64,000 nt of DNA from Verrucomicrobiota bacterium (GCA_024233345.1 JACKPT010000005.1:105072-169071); one strand, 5' to 3'; positions 10,565-20,334 are shown, counted from the stretch's first letter. A program made the numbers and translations. Notes: generated by a model not told the origin, from the sequence alone.

Positions 10565-11565
10565 GGGTGGGGGCGATCACCATTCATCCCTATCGCTTGC
10601 CGCTGCGCTCTCCGGTGGTGATCGGGGGGCACGCCCTTCACGAGCGGGAGGGGTGGCTGGTGGCTATCACGGATACAACTGGCCGGATAGGCTGGGGTGA
10701 TTGCTGCCCATTACCTGGGTATCATCGGGAGCATCTTTCCGACCTACTGCCATGCCTGCAGGAATGGAAGGATCGGTTGACCGGTATCCCGCTCGCGGAT
10801 GCCGCAGGGATGCGTTTTCCCTTCCCTTCATTTCAATGTGCGGTCGATCAAGCCCTGCGGGTATTGCGTACTGACCGGCCCAAGCCGTGGACCCTTTCTC
10901 TGACCGCCTTGCTCCATCCGGGGGAGCTGGAGCGGTTTCTGGCGCTGCAGGATCAAGGCTGGCGTACGTTCAAACTGAAGGTCGGCGCGGTGGTCGATGA
11001 TGATATCGCTTTTGTTTCAGCGCTGCTGGAGCAGGCTTCCCAGGAGGTGCGCTTCCGGCTGGATGCCAACGGCCGGTGGAATCTGGATCAGGCGCTGGCA
11101 TTTGCCGCCGCCGTCTCGGATGAGCGGATTGAATTCATCGAGGAACCGGTACGGGGTGCCGATGCTCTCCAGACCTTCCGCGAACAAACCCATTGGCCCG
11201 TGGCACTGGATGAGCAACTGGCCGACCACCCGCCGTCAAGATCCGCGCTCGAGGGGTTGACGGCCTTCATCTGCAAACCCAGTCGCGTGGGGGGGTATGC
11301 GAGAGCAGACCAATGGCGGCAATGCTGTATCGAGACTGGTGTGCGATTTATTCTGAGTTCCTGTTATGAATCCGGGGTCGGCATGACCGGCCTGCTGGAC
11401 TATGCCGCTGCCATTCAAACCGTTGAATCATGCGGGTTTGACACCTATTCACGGCTGGGTGAAGATTTGCTGATGACTGCACTCTCTTTTGACCAGCCTA
11501 CCATCGATTGGCCGTCCGGTCTCGATGCATCGGTTCAGACCGGGCGATTGGGGGACGCGGTATGA
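10561..11565 (+). CDS. menC: o-succinylbenzoate synthase (enolase superfamily)
   Basis: ATG at 10561 overlaps the menA stop (ATGA). It starts MRVGAITIHPYRLPLRSPV. The ORF track starts earlier (10336), but that part overlaps menA. Confidence 0.75.
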   Translation: MRVGAITIHPYRLPLRSPVVIGGHALHEREGWLVAITDTTGRIGWGDCCPLPGYHREHLSDLLPCLQEWKDRLTGIPLADAAGMRFPFPSFQCAVDQALRVLRTDRPKPWTLSLTALLHPGELERFLALQDQGWRTFKLKVGAVVDDDIAFVSALLEQASQEVRFRLDANGRWNLDQALAFAAAVSDERIEFIEEPVRGADALQTFREQTHWPVALDEQLADHPPSRSALEGLTAFICKPSRVGGYARADQWRQCCIETGVRFILSSCYESGVGMTGLLDYAAAIQTVESCGFDTYSRLGEDLLMTALSFDQPTIDWPSGLDASVQTGRLGDAV

Positions 11566-12995
11566 CCACGATTGCCTGTCCCCTGCGCGAAGCGGCCCAG
11601 ATATCCCGGCAGGAGGGCGCCATCTTTGGCCCGGACCGCGACTTGCTTTACTCGGAGTGGGATGAACTGGCGACTCGGGTTGCCGCCAATCTGAAGCAAC
11701 TCGGACTGGGCCCGGGTGACCGGATTGCCTTGTTCCTTCCCCAGGATTGGCGATATCCGGTGATTTTGATGGGGGTGATCCGGGCCGGTGCGGTGGCCTG
11801 TCCGCTATCCACGCGGCAACCGAGGGATGCTGTGATCGATCAGTTGCGGTGGATCAACTGCCGGGCGGTGGTGGCTTATTCCCGGGAAGCTCAAACTTCG
11901 GAAGATTTGCCCTGCGCGCAACTTCATCCCGATACCCTGCTGGCGGAACCTGTGTCACGTGTTTCGCCGGAGGCCATCCGCTATGCGCTGGATCAGCCCG
12001 CGACGATTCTGTTCACGTCGGGAAGTACCGGGGACCCCAAGGCGGTGCAGCACTCGATCGGCAACCACTATTACAGCGCCCGCGGCTCCAACAATAATCT
12101 ACGGATTCGCTCCCACGACCGTTGGCTGATGCAGGTACCCATCTACCATGTCAGCGGATTGAGTATTGTCTTCCGGTGCATGCTCAGTGGCGCGGGCATT
12201 GCGATGCCGGGTCGGGAGGAGTCGCTGGTGGAGGCAATCAACGGTTACGGCGCAACCCACCTATCCCTGGTGCCCACGCAATTGCGCCGCCTGTTGGCCG
12301 ACCCGGAAGCGGAGCAAAGGATGAAAAAAATCAAGGCGATCCTGCTTGGGGGGAGCGCTCTGGATGAGCAGGCATTGAAACAGGCTTTTCATCGCGGGTG
12401 GCCGGTGTATCCGACCTATGGGTTGACCGAGATGGCTTCGCAAGTCACCACGGTTCCGGTGCTGACGCCCCCCGAACGACGCTATTATGCCGGCAGCCCG
12501 CTTGCCTACCGGGAGTTGCAGATCGCTCCGGATGGGGAAATCCTGGTGCGCGGGTCCTGTCTTTTCCAGGGGTATGTCCAGGGCGATGCCGTGGACCCGG
12601 CGGTGGATGCCGAGGGCTGGTTCCATACCGGCGACCTGGGGACGCTCGATGAGGAACAGCGGTTGAAGGTGAATGGTCGAAAAGATGACATGTTTATCTC
12701 CGGCGGAGAAAATATTCACCCCGCAGTCATCGAACGGGCGATGATGAACCTCGGCGGGATCGACCGGGTTCTTGTGGTCCCGGTGACGGACAAGGAGTTC
12801 GGGCAACGGCCGGTGGCCTTTGTCCTCGGAAGCCAGCGAACGGCCGAGGCATGGCCCGCGCTGCTTCGGCCGGTCTTGGCCGGATTCCAGATTCCGGTGG
12901 CATTTCTGGCCTGGCCGGAAGGGGAATCCTGGCAATCCGATAAACCCAATCGGGAAAATTTTGCCTTGCTGGCGGAGGCAATGCTCGCGCGGTAA
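11562..12995 (+). CDS. menE: o-succinylbenzoate--CoA ligase
   Basis: AMP-binding motif TSGSTGDPKAV and TYGLTE. The ATG at 11562 overlaps the menC stop. Confidence 0.8.
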   Translation: MTTIACPLREAAQISRQEGAIFGPDRDLLYSEWDELATRVAANLKQLGLGPGDRIALFLPQDWRYPVILMGVIRAGAVACPLSTRQPRDAVIDQLRWINCRAVVAYSREAQTSEDLPCAQLHPDTLLAEPVSRVSPEAIRYALDQPATILFTSGSTGDPKAVQHSIGNHYYSARGSNNNLRIRSHDRWLMQVPIYHVSGLSIVFRCMLSGAGIAMPGREESLVEAINGYGATHLSLVPTQLRRLLADPEAEQRMKKIKAILLGGSALDEQALKQAFHRGWPVYPTYGLTEMASQVTTVPVLTPPERRYYAGSPLAYRELQIAPDGEILVRGSCLFQGYVQGDAVDPAVDAEGWFHTGDLGTLDEEQRLKVNGRKDDMFISGGENIHPAVIERAMMNLGGIDRVLVVPVTDKEFGQRPVAFVLGSQRTAEAWPALLRPVLAGFQIPVAFLAWPEGESWQSDKPNRENFALLAEAMLAR

Positions 12996-13003
12996 TGCCG
13001 CGA

Positions 13004-13414
13004 TCAGCTTGCCGAATGACCATCGATGATTATCCGGACCATCGCATCCGGAAGTGGAACGGGGCGTCCTGAGGTCACATCAACTGCGGCATGCACCAGG
13101 CTGGCCTCCGCCGCAATTTCACCCTGACCGTTGGAAAAGGTATATCGTGTGGTGAAGGATCCCTCGCCGGCGCGGGTCGCATCAAGGCGAATGCTCAATT
13201 GATCACCGAGCCGAATCGGTCGCCGATAATCAGCCTCGGCATGGACCACCGGATAGGCAAGGGTGCGGCCTTCCAGGGTGGCCCGAATGGACTCCCCATG
13301 CGCCTCCAGAAATTGTTCATAGACGTCGTGGGCAATCCGCAATACCGCGGCAAAGTAGATCACCCCGGCAGCATCGGTATCATGGAGGCGGATTGTATAG
13401 GTGGCAGTGAACAT
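13004..13414 (-). CDS. Hotdog-fold acyl-CoA thioesterase (4HBT/YbgC-like); candidate DHNA-CoA thioesterase
   Basis: 136 aa starting MFTATYTIRLHDTDAAGVIYFAAVL. It is convergent with menE with only a 9-bp gap. Confidence 0.7.
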   Translation of the reverse strand: MFTATYTIRLHDTDAAGVIYFAAVLRIAHDVYEQFLEAHGESIRATLEGRTLAYPVVHAEADYRRPIRLGDQLSIRLDATRAGEGSFTTRYTFSNGQGEIAAEASLVHAAVDVTSGRPVPLPDAMVRIIIDGHSAS

Positions 13415-13421
13415 CAGGGCC

Positions 13422-14129
13422 TCAGGTGGTTTCGATTGCGGTGGTAGGCGAAAGATACCGGCTTCGGTACCAGAGAAAACCGATCAGGTCGAAGGTGGTT
13501 TTCGGCAGCCGTTTCAGGTTGGTGTATTTGGAGCTGCCGAATTGCCGGGCACGATGGTCAACGGGAAGCTGAACCATCGTCCGCCCGTGCAGTTTGAAAT
13601 AGGCACCCATAAACCGGTGGCAGCCATTGAACGGGGGAATATCCGCTGCGCATTCGGCCCGAAAAGCCTTGAGGCTGCAACCGGTATCCCGCAGCCCATC
13701 CCGGGTGACCCGGTTGCGAATGCCATTGCCAATCCGCGAGGCCATCCGCCGCGACCATGAATCGCGACGTTTGGCCCGGTAGCCGCAAGCAACATCGGCC
13801 CGGTCGAGTTCCATCACCAGCCGGGGAATGTCGGCAGGATTATTTTGCAGGTCGCCATCCATGGTCACGATGATGTCTCCCGCGGCCTGGGCAAACCCCA
13901 GCAACATGGCGGCGGATTGGCCCCGGTTCCGTACGCTGCGAATGCCCCGGATGACCGGGTACCGAGCGGCTGCGTCCTCAATCGCCGCCCAGGTACCGTC
14001 GCGGCTGCCATCGTCGATGAGGAGCGCCTCCACATCATCGAGGGACGACCGCAGCCGGTCCAACTCTTCGGACAGCGGGGCGACATTCTCTTGTTCATTG
14101 TACATTGGAATAATGATGGAAACTTTCAT
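13422..14129 (-). CDS. GT2-family polyprenyl-phosphate glycosyltransferase (DPM1/ArnC-like)
   Basis: MKVSIIIPMYNEQENV...LIDDGSRDGT...TMDGDLQN. Confidence 0.8.
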   Translation of the reverse strand: MKVSIIIPMYNEQENVAPLSEELDRLRSSLDDVEALLIDDGSRDGTWAAIEDAAARYPVIRGIRSVRNRGQSAAMLLGFAQAAGDIIVTMDGDLQNNPADIPRLVMELDRADVACGYRAKRRDSWSRRMASRIGNGIRNRVTRDGLRDTGCSLKAFRAECAADIPPFNGCHRFMGAYFKLHGRTMVQLPVDHRARQFGSSKYTNLKRLPKTTFDLIGFLWYRSRYLSPTTAIETT

Positions 14130-14197
14130 CGGCCATCCCGGTCAAAAAATATTTCCCACATAGTGTCGGGGAGCGTGCAGCTTGGCAATCCCCTAGA

Positions 14198-14827
14198 TTG
14201 ACCGGGAGGCCCGAATTGCGCATCATGCATCGTCTCATGGAATCCAAGACAACAGAACCGACACCGGGCAAGCCGTGTGTCTTCTTTGACCGGGATGGCA
14301 TCGCCAATGTCCCGCCCACCACGCGTTATGTGGAGAAAGCGGAGCACTTCCATCTGTACCCGGAGTTTCTGCAGGCGCTCCAGGTGGTCCATGCGAAGGG
14401 TTTTGTCGCCATCATGATTACCAATCAAAAGGGCATCTCGACCGGGCATACCCCGCAGGAAGAGTTGGACGCGATGCATGCCCGATTGCGGCACGATGCG
14501 GAGCTGGTGGGGGCACCTGTACTGGATATCTATGTCTGCTCGGAGCCGGATGATCGACATCCGGACCGGAAGCCCAATCCCGGGATGCTGCTGCGGGCTG
14601 CTGCGGACCATCAGGTCGACCTGTCCCGATCCTGGATGGTGGGGGATCATGGAACGGATATCGCCGCCGGTCAGCGCGCCGGCTGTCACAAAACGGTTTA
14701 TGTGGGTACGAAGGCGATTGAGGAACACCCGGATTATCGGGTGGATCATGTTGCCGATCTTGCCCCCCTGTTCACAAATCACTTGCCCGACTGGTCAGCG
14801 ACGGAGGCCCGGCCATGTGCGGAATAG
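14198..14827 (+). CDS. HAD-family D,D-heptose-1,7-bisphosphate phosphatase-like (GmhB/HisB-N family)
   Basis: VFFDRDGIAN...GMLL...MVGDHGTDIAAG. Confidence 0.7.
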   Translation: MTGRPELRIMHRLMESKTTEPTPGKPCVFFDRDGIANVPPTTRYVEKAEHFHLYPEFLQALQVVHAKGFVAIMITNQKGISTGHTPQEELDAMHARLRHDAELVGAPVLDIYVCSEPDDRHPDRKPNPGMLLRAAADHQVDLSRSWMVGDHGTDIAAGQRAGCHKTVYVGTKAIEEHPDYRVDHVADLAPLFTNHLPDWSATEARPCAE

Positions 14828-16707
14828 CGGGATTTACCCGGTTTGACGATCTCCCATCCGCCGATGAAGCCTGCCTGCGGGCGATGACCGAACGGCTCGC
14901 CCACCGGGGACCAGATGGAAGCGGTTACCACATAACCCGCCAGATCGCCCTCGGACATCGACGGCTCAGCATCATCGATCTCGAATCAGGTGCCCAGCCC
15001 ATGACGTCGCCGGATGGTCGCTATGCCCTGACCTACAATGGCGAGATCTACAACTATCTCGAATTGCGGGCAGCCTTGGAGGCCAAGGGGGTGGTTTTCA
15101 CAACCCATTCCGACACCGAAGTCCTGCTGCAGCACATGATGGTCCATGGTCTGAAGGGGCTGGACCGGGTGAACGGCATCTTCGCCTTTGCCTTCTGGGA
15201 TCGTGAAAAAGAGGAACTCTGGCTGGTGCGGGACCGGCTTGGGGTCAAGCCCTTGTACCTTGCTGAAGTTGGTGGCGACCTCGTGTTTGCCTCGGAAATG
15301 AAATCGATGCTTCTCCACCCCTCGATTTCCCGAAAACTCAACCAGCTCTCGATCAGCAAATATTTCACCTACAACTATATCCCTGCGCCCCACACCATTT
15401 TTGAGGAGGTTCAGAAACTGGAGCCGGGGATGGTGGCGATCTTCAACCGCACCGGGCTCACCCGGCAATTGTACTGGGATATTCCCCAGCAGGATAACCC
15501 GATCAGCGGGATGAATGCCGATGATTGCGCAGCGCGGTTTCTCGACCTGTTTCGGGATGCGGTGGAGAAGCAATTGCGCAGCGATGTTCCGGTCGGGGTG
15601 TTTCTAAGCGGAGGCATCGACTCCAGTCTGGTCACCGCGGTGGCCGCCGGATTGGTCCCAGATTCCCTTCACACCTTTTCGGTGGGGTTTGAGGAGTCCA
15701 GTTATGATGAATCCCCCTATGCCCGGATGGTGGCCGAACGGTACCAGACCCGGCACCACCATGAAATTCTGTCCCTGAAAAAGGCGGTCGATCTTTTCCC
15801 CACCGTGATGGGTATTCTCGATGAGCCCTTCGGGGATGCCTCAATTCTGCCCACCTACCTGCTGTCACAATTTACCTCCGAGCATGTGAAGGTCTGCCTC
15901 GGCGGAGATGGCGGCGATGAACTGTTTGCCGGATATCCTTCCTTTCAGGCCCATCGGATGATGGAAAAACTGTCGTTCCTGCCCACTGCCTGGCGGGATG
16001 GTCTCAACCGGTTGGTGCGAAAATTCCCGGTGTCTCATCGCTACGCCAGCGCGGGATTTCTACTCGAACAGTTTTTCAAGGGCGCGGGGATCTCCCCGGA
16101 AATCCGATTTTTCCTGTGGATGGGGCCTTACGGAAACGAGCAGAAGCGAAGCTTGCTGACGCCGGCATTTCAGAAGGAAATTCTTCGGGAGAACGCCTTC
16201 GAGGATATCTTGAATTATGTCCGTCAAAGCGGTCTGGTCAGCGATTTTGAGCGCATTCTCTATCTCTGCATGAAACTCTATCTGCAGGATGACATCCTGG
16301 TGAAGGTCGACCGCGCAAGCATGGCCCATGGCCTGGAGGTGCGGGTGCCGTTTCTCGACCATACCGTGGTGGAATATATGTCCGGGGTGCAGTCGATCTA
16401 TAAACTGAATGGATTCCAGGCGAAGTTTCTGCTGAAGAAAGCGGCGGCCAATCTGCTGCCCCGGGAAATCCTGAAACGCCGGAAAGCCGGATTCATGATC
16501 CCGCTGGCTCAGTGGATCTCCTCTGATCTGCGCGACATGATCGAAGATCTTTGCTCCGAACAGCGGCTGCGGGCGGATGGCTTCTTCGACCCCGTCTTTG
16601 TCCGGACCATGCTGGACGATCACTATGCCAATCGCCGCGACTATCGCAAAATGATCTGGACGCTGCTGGCATTCCAACTGTGGAAGGAAAATTATGGCCA
16701 GCCGTAA
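14815..16707 (+). CDS. asnB: Asparagine synthetase (glutamine-hydrolysing); amidotransferase
   Basis: Starts MCGIAGF (N-terminal nucleophile Cys2) and has the SGGIDSS PP-loop. Confidence 0.9.
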   Translation: MCGIAGFTRFDDLPSADEACLRAMTERLAHRGPDGSGYHITRQIALGHRRLSIIDLESGAQPMTSPDGRYALTYNGEIYNYLELRAALEAKGVVFTTHSDTEVLLQHMMVHGLKGLDRVNGIFAFAFWDREKEELWLVRDRLGVKPLYLAEVGGDLVFASEMKSMLLHPSISRKLNQLSISKYFTYNYIPAPHTIFEEVQKLEPGMVAIFNRTGLTRQLYWDIPQQDNPISGMNADDCAARFLDLFRDAVEKQLRSDVPVGVFLSGGIDSSLVTAVAAGLVPDSLHTFSVGFEESSYDESPYARMVAERYQTRHHHEILSLKKAVDLFPTVMGILDEPFGDASILPTYLLSQFTSEHVKVCLGGDGGDELFAGYPSFQAHRMMEKLSFLPTAWRDGLNRLVRKFPVSHRYASAGFLLEQFFKGAGISPEIRFFLWMGPYGNEQKRSLLTPAFQKEILRENAFEDILNYVRQSGLVSDFERILYLCMKLYLQDDILVKVDRASMAHGLEVRVPFLDHTVVEYMSGVQSIYKLNGFQAKFLLKKAAANLLPREILKRRKAGFMIPLAQWISSDLRDMIEDLCSEQRLRADGFFDPVFVRTMLDDHYANRRDYRKMIWTLLAFQLWKENYGQP

Positions 16708-18772
16708 AAAAAAGGCCCGTCCGAAAACCACCCCGGCCCCGGCCTCCGCGGCGGCGAGCGTCCCCGATGCGGCGGCAGTCTCTGCGTCGGCACCGGTACC
16801 CGGCTGGCGGTGGTGGTTGGCCGGGGTAACCCTCCTCGGGCTTGTGATTCGTGCGGTTGGACTCGGGCATGCTGATTTGTGGGTGGATGAAATTCTCTTT
16901 GTCTGGATGTCTCTTCCCCCCGCCTCGATGTGGGATGTGGCGGTACAGCATTACCAGCAGTTTCCATCGATTGGTCACCTGCCGCTGGGAGCGATGCTCC
17001 AGAATGGCTATCTTCACCTCGTCGGGGGCACGCCAGATGCCCTCCAGCATGCCCCTCTGATTCAGCGGGTGCCTGCAGTCATCTGGGGCTCCCTGGCGAT
17101 ACCCGCATTGATGATGGCGATCCGGCGATTGGTTTCTGCACCGGTCGCCCGGATCACCGGCTTACTCTATGCCGGACTCTTCTTTCCGGTATTCTATTCC
17201 CGCGAAGCCTACTATTACGCGCCGTTGACGCTGTTTGCCTGCCTGGCCCTGTTGGGGTTGGCGGGTGTGATGACCGCGGAACGGAAGCGAGGGCTCTGGC
17301 TAGCCCTGTGGTTGGTCTCCCTGGCCGCCGCAACCCTGACCCATATCACCGGTGTGTTGCTCTGCCTGGGGCATGGGGCCGGACTTGCGCTCGCGCCTCT
17401 GCTGTGCCGGAGCGGGGAAAAATCGATCTCGACCCAGGCCCGCCACTGGGCTCGTCTTTCCCCACTGGTGCTCATCAGCGCCTTGCCGTTGGTGCCCTTT
17501 CTTGCGATTCGAATGGCCCACCCCGGACAACAGGGGGTCAGTGGTGCGCCTGCTTTCTGGATGGTCCTGTATGACATGATCGGAAAACAATTTCTCGGGG
17601 TGTCGCCGGTCGCCGGAGTGGCGGGGGTGGTTCTGTTTATCGTCGGCTTGATCGCCTTGGTGCATACCAATGAGCGCTCCCGTGCCATCGCCGTCGCGAT
17701 GGGCGTTGTGATCCTGGCCACACTGCTCGGATCCCTTTCCACCCAATATAGCTCGCGCTACTTCACCGCCGCGTCGCCGGGGGTTGTCCTGATCTTTGCC
17801 ACCGGTCTCCAGTGGATCGGGGAACGACTGGCCGGGAACCGCCCGGCATGGCGCGACAGGATGGGTTTGGTTCTGGCCGGAGCAGTGGTCGCGCTGCAAC
17901 TTGGCCTCTTTCATTTACCGGCATATCAATTGGAAGCCAAAGCCCGCAACTATGGCGGCATGGCCCGCTGGCTGATTGCGCATATGCCGCCCGGCACACC
18001 CTACCTGCTGGAAAGCGCCTATGATATCCGTTTCCTCGGGCAATATCACCAGACCCCCGGTCTGATTCCTGCCACCCCATACACCCATGGCCCTGGCCCC
18101 GCCGAGATGGAAAAACTCCGGACCATTCAACAGAATTTCATGCTGCAATTCCCGGAAGCCCCGTTTGTGGAAGCCGCCCGCCACGGCACCGAATTCAATG
18201 CCCAGGTGCCGGTGTGGACCTGGCCCCATGAACATTTCCGGGAGCGTGCGGATCTGTGGAACAAACCGCTGGAGCGATTGGTCAAGCGAGGGATCTGGCC
18301 GCAAATCCATGCCGCCGGAATGCCCGATATCGAGTATCATACGGTGATCTGGTACAACACGCCGGCGGACAACCTCCAGATCGCCCTCGAGCAGGGGGAA
18401 GGCGTGACCACCCGCTATCCCGCACCCTGGTCGGTTGCCCAGGTCGCTCAAGGTGTCTACATGCGGGTTCACCCTCCGGGCCAGGCCCGAATCGAGTTGA
18501 ACAATTTGACCGGCGAGTCCTTGTCCGGGCGGCTGGTTGTGGAAGGGGCCATGGCCTCCCGGAACGCTGTGCCGGTGGAGTATCGTATCGATGGCACCCC
18601 CCTATCGCGCGATACCTTTTCCCCCGGCTCGACCCGGATCAGCAGTACCGCCGAGTTCTCCCTTTCCCCCGGCCCCCATGAACTCAGCATGAGCACGCCA
18701 TCCGGGATGGATCAGCGCATTCAAGCCATGCTGATCAAGCAAATCCGGTTTGAGCCATCCCCTCCGAATTGA
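16694..18772 (+). CDS. Polytopic membrane glycosyltransferase, ArnT/PMT-like (GT39/GT83 family), with a large C-terminal domain
   Basis: 692 aa. LVIRAVGLGHADLWVDEILFVWMS is the PMT_2-type first loop, followed by many TM helices. Confidence 0.6.
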   Translation: MASRKKKARPKTTPAPASAAASVPDAAAVSASAPVPGWRWWLAGVTLLGLVIRAVGLGHADLWVDEILFVWMSLPPASMWDVAVQHYQQFPSIGHLPLGAMLQNGYLHLVGGTPDALQHAPLIQRVPAVIWGSLAIPALMMAIRRLVSAPVARITGLLYAGLFFPVFYSREAYYYAPLTLFACLALLGLAGVMTAERKRGLWLALWLVSLAAATLTHITGVLLCLGHGAGLALAPLLCRSGEKSISTQARHWARLSPLVLISALPLVPFLAIRMAHPGQQGVSGAPAFWMVLYDMIGKQFLGVSPVAGVAGVVLFIVGLIALVHTNERSRAIAVAMGVVILATLLGSLSTQYSSRYFTAASPGVVLIFATGLQWIGERLAGNRPAWRDRMGLVLAGAVVALQLGLFHLPAYQLEAKARNYGGMARWLIAHMPPGTPYLLESAYDIRFLGQYHQTPGLIPATPYTHGPGPAEMEKLRTIQQNFMLQFPEAPFVEAARHGTEFNAQVPVWTWPHEHFRERADLWNKPLERLVKRGIWPQIHAAGMPDIEYHTVIWYNTPADNLQIALEQGEGVTTRYPAPWSVAQVAQGVYMRVHPPGQARIELNNLTGESLSGRLVVEGAMASRNAVPVEYRIDGTPLSRDTFSPGSTRISSTAEFSLSPGPHELSMSTPSGMDQRIQAMLIKQIRFEPSPPN

Positions 18773-18827
18773 TAGGGTCACGCAAGTGATTGAACCGATC
18801 CGAAAAACATAGAAAGGATACCCAGAC

Positions 18828-20153
18828 ATGACCACGCCAGTGCGTTTCGATCTCACTCAGAACGATATTCCCGAGCAATGGTTGAATCTCGCTCCCATGT
18901 TCAATGAGCCGCTGCCGCCTCCGCTTCACCCGGGAACCCAGCAGCCCGCGTCCCCCGAAGATATGGGTAAAATCTTTCCCATGAATATCCTCGAGCAGGA
19001 AATGTCCATGGAGCCGTGGATCAAGGTCCCGGAGGAAGTCCGTGAAATCTACGCCCTGTGGCGCCCGACCCCCCTGTTGCGGGCGGTCCGTCTCGAGCGC
19101 GCACTGAAAACGCCGGCCAAAATTTACTACAAATATGAAGGGGTTAGTTACGCAGGCAGCCACAAGCCCAACAGCGCGGTGGCCCAGGCCTATTACAACC
19201 GCGAGGCCGGCACCAAGCGGGTGGTGACCGAAACCGGGGCCGGACAATGGGGGTCTGCCCTGTCTTTTGCCTGCAAGGTCTTTGGCCTGGAGTGTGTGGT
19301 GTACATGGTGAGTGTCAGTTACCACCAGAAGCCTTACCGCAAATTGTTGATGCAAACCTGGGATGCCACCGTGCACGCCAGCCCGAGCCGGGAGACTGCC
19401 TTTGGTCGAGCCCTGTTGGAAGAGCGCCCGGATCACCCCGGCAGCCTCGGCATCGCCATCAGCGAGGCCATCGAAGATACCGTGACCAGCAAGGACACCA
19501 AGTATGCGCTCGGCAGTGTGCTTAATCATGTCTGCCTCCACCAGTCAGTGATCGGACAGGAATCGATCAAGCAGATGGCCCTGGCCGGGGTGGAACCCGA
19601 TACCATCATCGGGTGCATCGGTGGCGGCAGTAATTTCGCGGGCATCGCCTTCCCATGGATTCACCGGTCCCTGACCGAAAACAAAAAATACCGCATCATC
19701 GCGGTGGAACCGGATGTATGTGCCTCCATGACCAAGGGCGAGCTGCGGTATGACTTTGGCGATACCGCGGAAACCACCCCGCTCATGATGATGCATACCC
19801 TCGGGCACAAATTTGTTCCCCCCGCCATTCATGCGGGCGGTCTCCGCTATCACGGGATGGCCCCCATGGTCAGTCATGCCCGCAAGCATGGGTGGATCGA
19901 GGCCAAGAGTTACCAGCAATCGCGCATTTTCGAGGCCGCGGTTCAATTTGCACGAACCGAGGGCATCATTCCCGCCCCCGAACCGTCTCATGCGATTGCT
20001 GCGGTGATCGACGAGGCGATCGACTGTCGGGAGAAGAATGAGCCTAAAACCATTCTGTTCAACCTGTGTGGGCACGGGTTCCTGGATATGGCGTCTTACG
20101 ATGCTTTTCTGACCGGTAAACTGCACAATGACACCCCCGGATCCGAGGGCTGA
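18828..20153 (+). CDS. Tryptophan synthase beta-like PLP enzyme (TrpB2 family)
   Basis: 441 aa with AGSHKPNSA (PLP lysine) and GGGSNFAGI, TrpB2-type length. Confidence 0.8.
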   Translation: MTTPVRFDLTQNDIPEQWLNLAPMFNEPLPPPLHPGTQQPASPEDMGKIFPMNILEQEMSMEPWIKVPEEVREIYALWRPTPLLRAVRLERALKTPAKIYYKYEGVSYAGSHKPNSAVAQAYYNREAGTKRVVTETGAGQWGSALSFACKVFGLECVVYMVSVSYHQKPYRKLLMQTWDATVHASPSRETAFGRALLEERPDHPGSLGIAISEAIEDTVTSKDTKYALGSVLNHVCLHQSVIGQESIKQMALAGVEPDTIIGCIGGGSNFAGIAFPWIHRSLTENKKYRIIAVEPDVCASMTKGELRYDFGDTAETTPLMMMHTLGHKFVPPAIHAGGLRYHGMAPMVSHARKHGWIEAKSYQQSRIFEAAVQFARTEGIIPAPEPSHAIAAVIDEAIDCREKNEPKTILFNLCGHGFLDMASYDAFLTGKLHNDTPGSEG

Positions 20154-20241
20154 TTCCACGCGTGGTCCGGTTGAAGCCATCCCCCCTGGCCCGGTGCGGT
20201 CGGCGGGGGATGCGCTTTGGATTCAACGCCACGGTCAAAAG

Positions 20242-20322
20242 GGTTCCAATGCCTGGAAAATCCATTCCCCAAAGTTCCAATCATTGGAAAATGCCCCGGA
20301 AAAAGTTCCAAGGATTGGAATC
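20242..20322. promoter_or_regulatory. Array of three 31-bp-phased dyad repeats (TTCCAA-N3/4-TGGAA/TTGGAA) directly upstream of the ECF sigma gene
   Basis: Units are centred at about 20251, 20282 and 20313. Unit 2 (TTCCAATCATTGGAA) is a perfect palindrome. Unit 3 shares the 18-nt string CCGGAAAAAGTTCCAAGG with the array at 62617. Confidence 0.6.
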
Positions 20323-20334
20323 TGTTGAGCCCGT

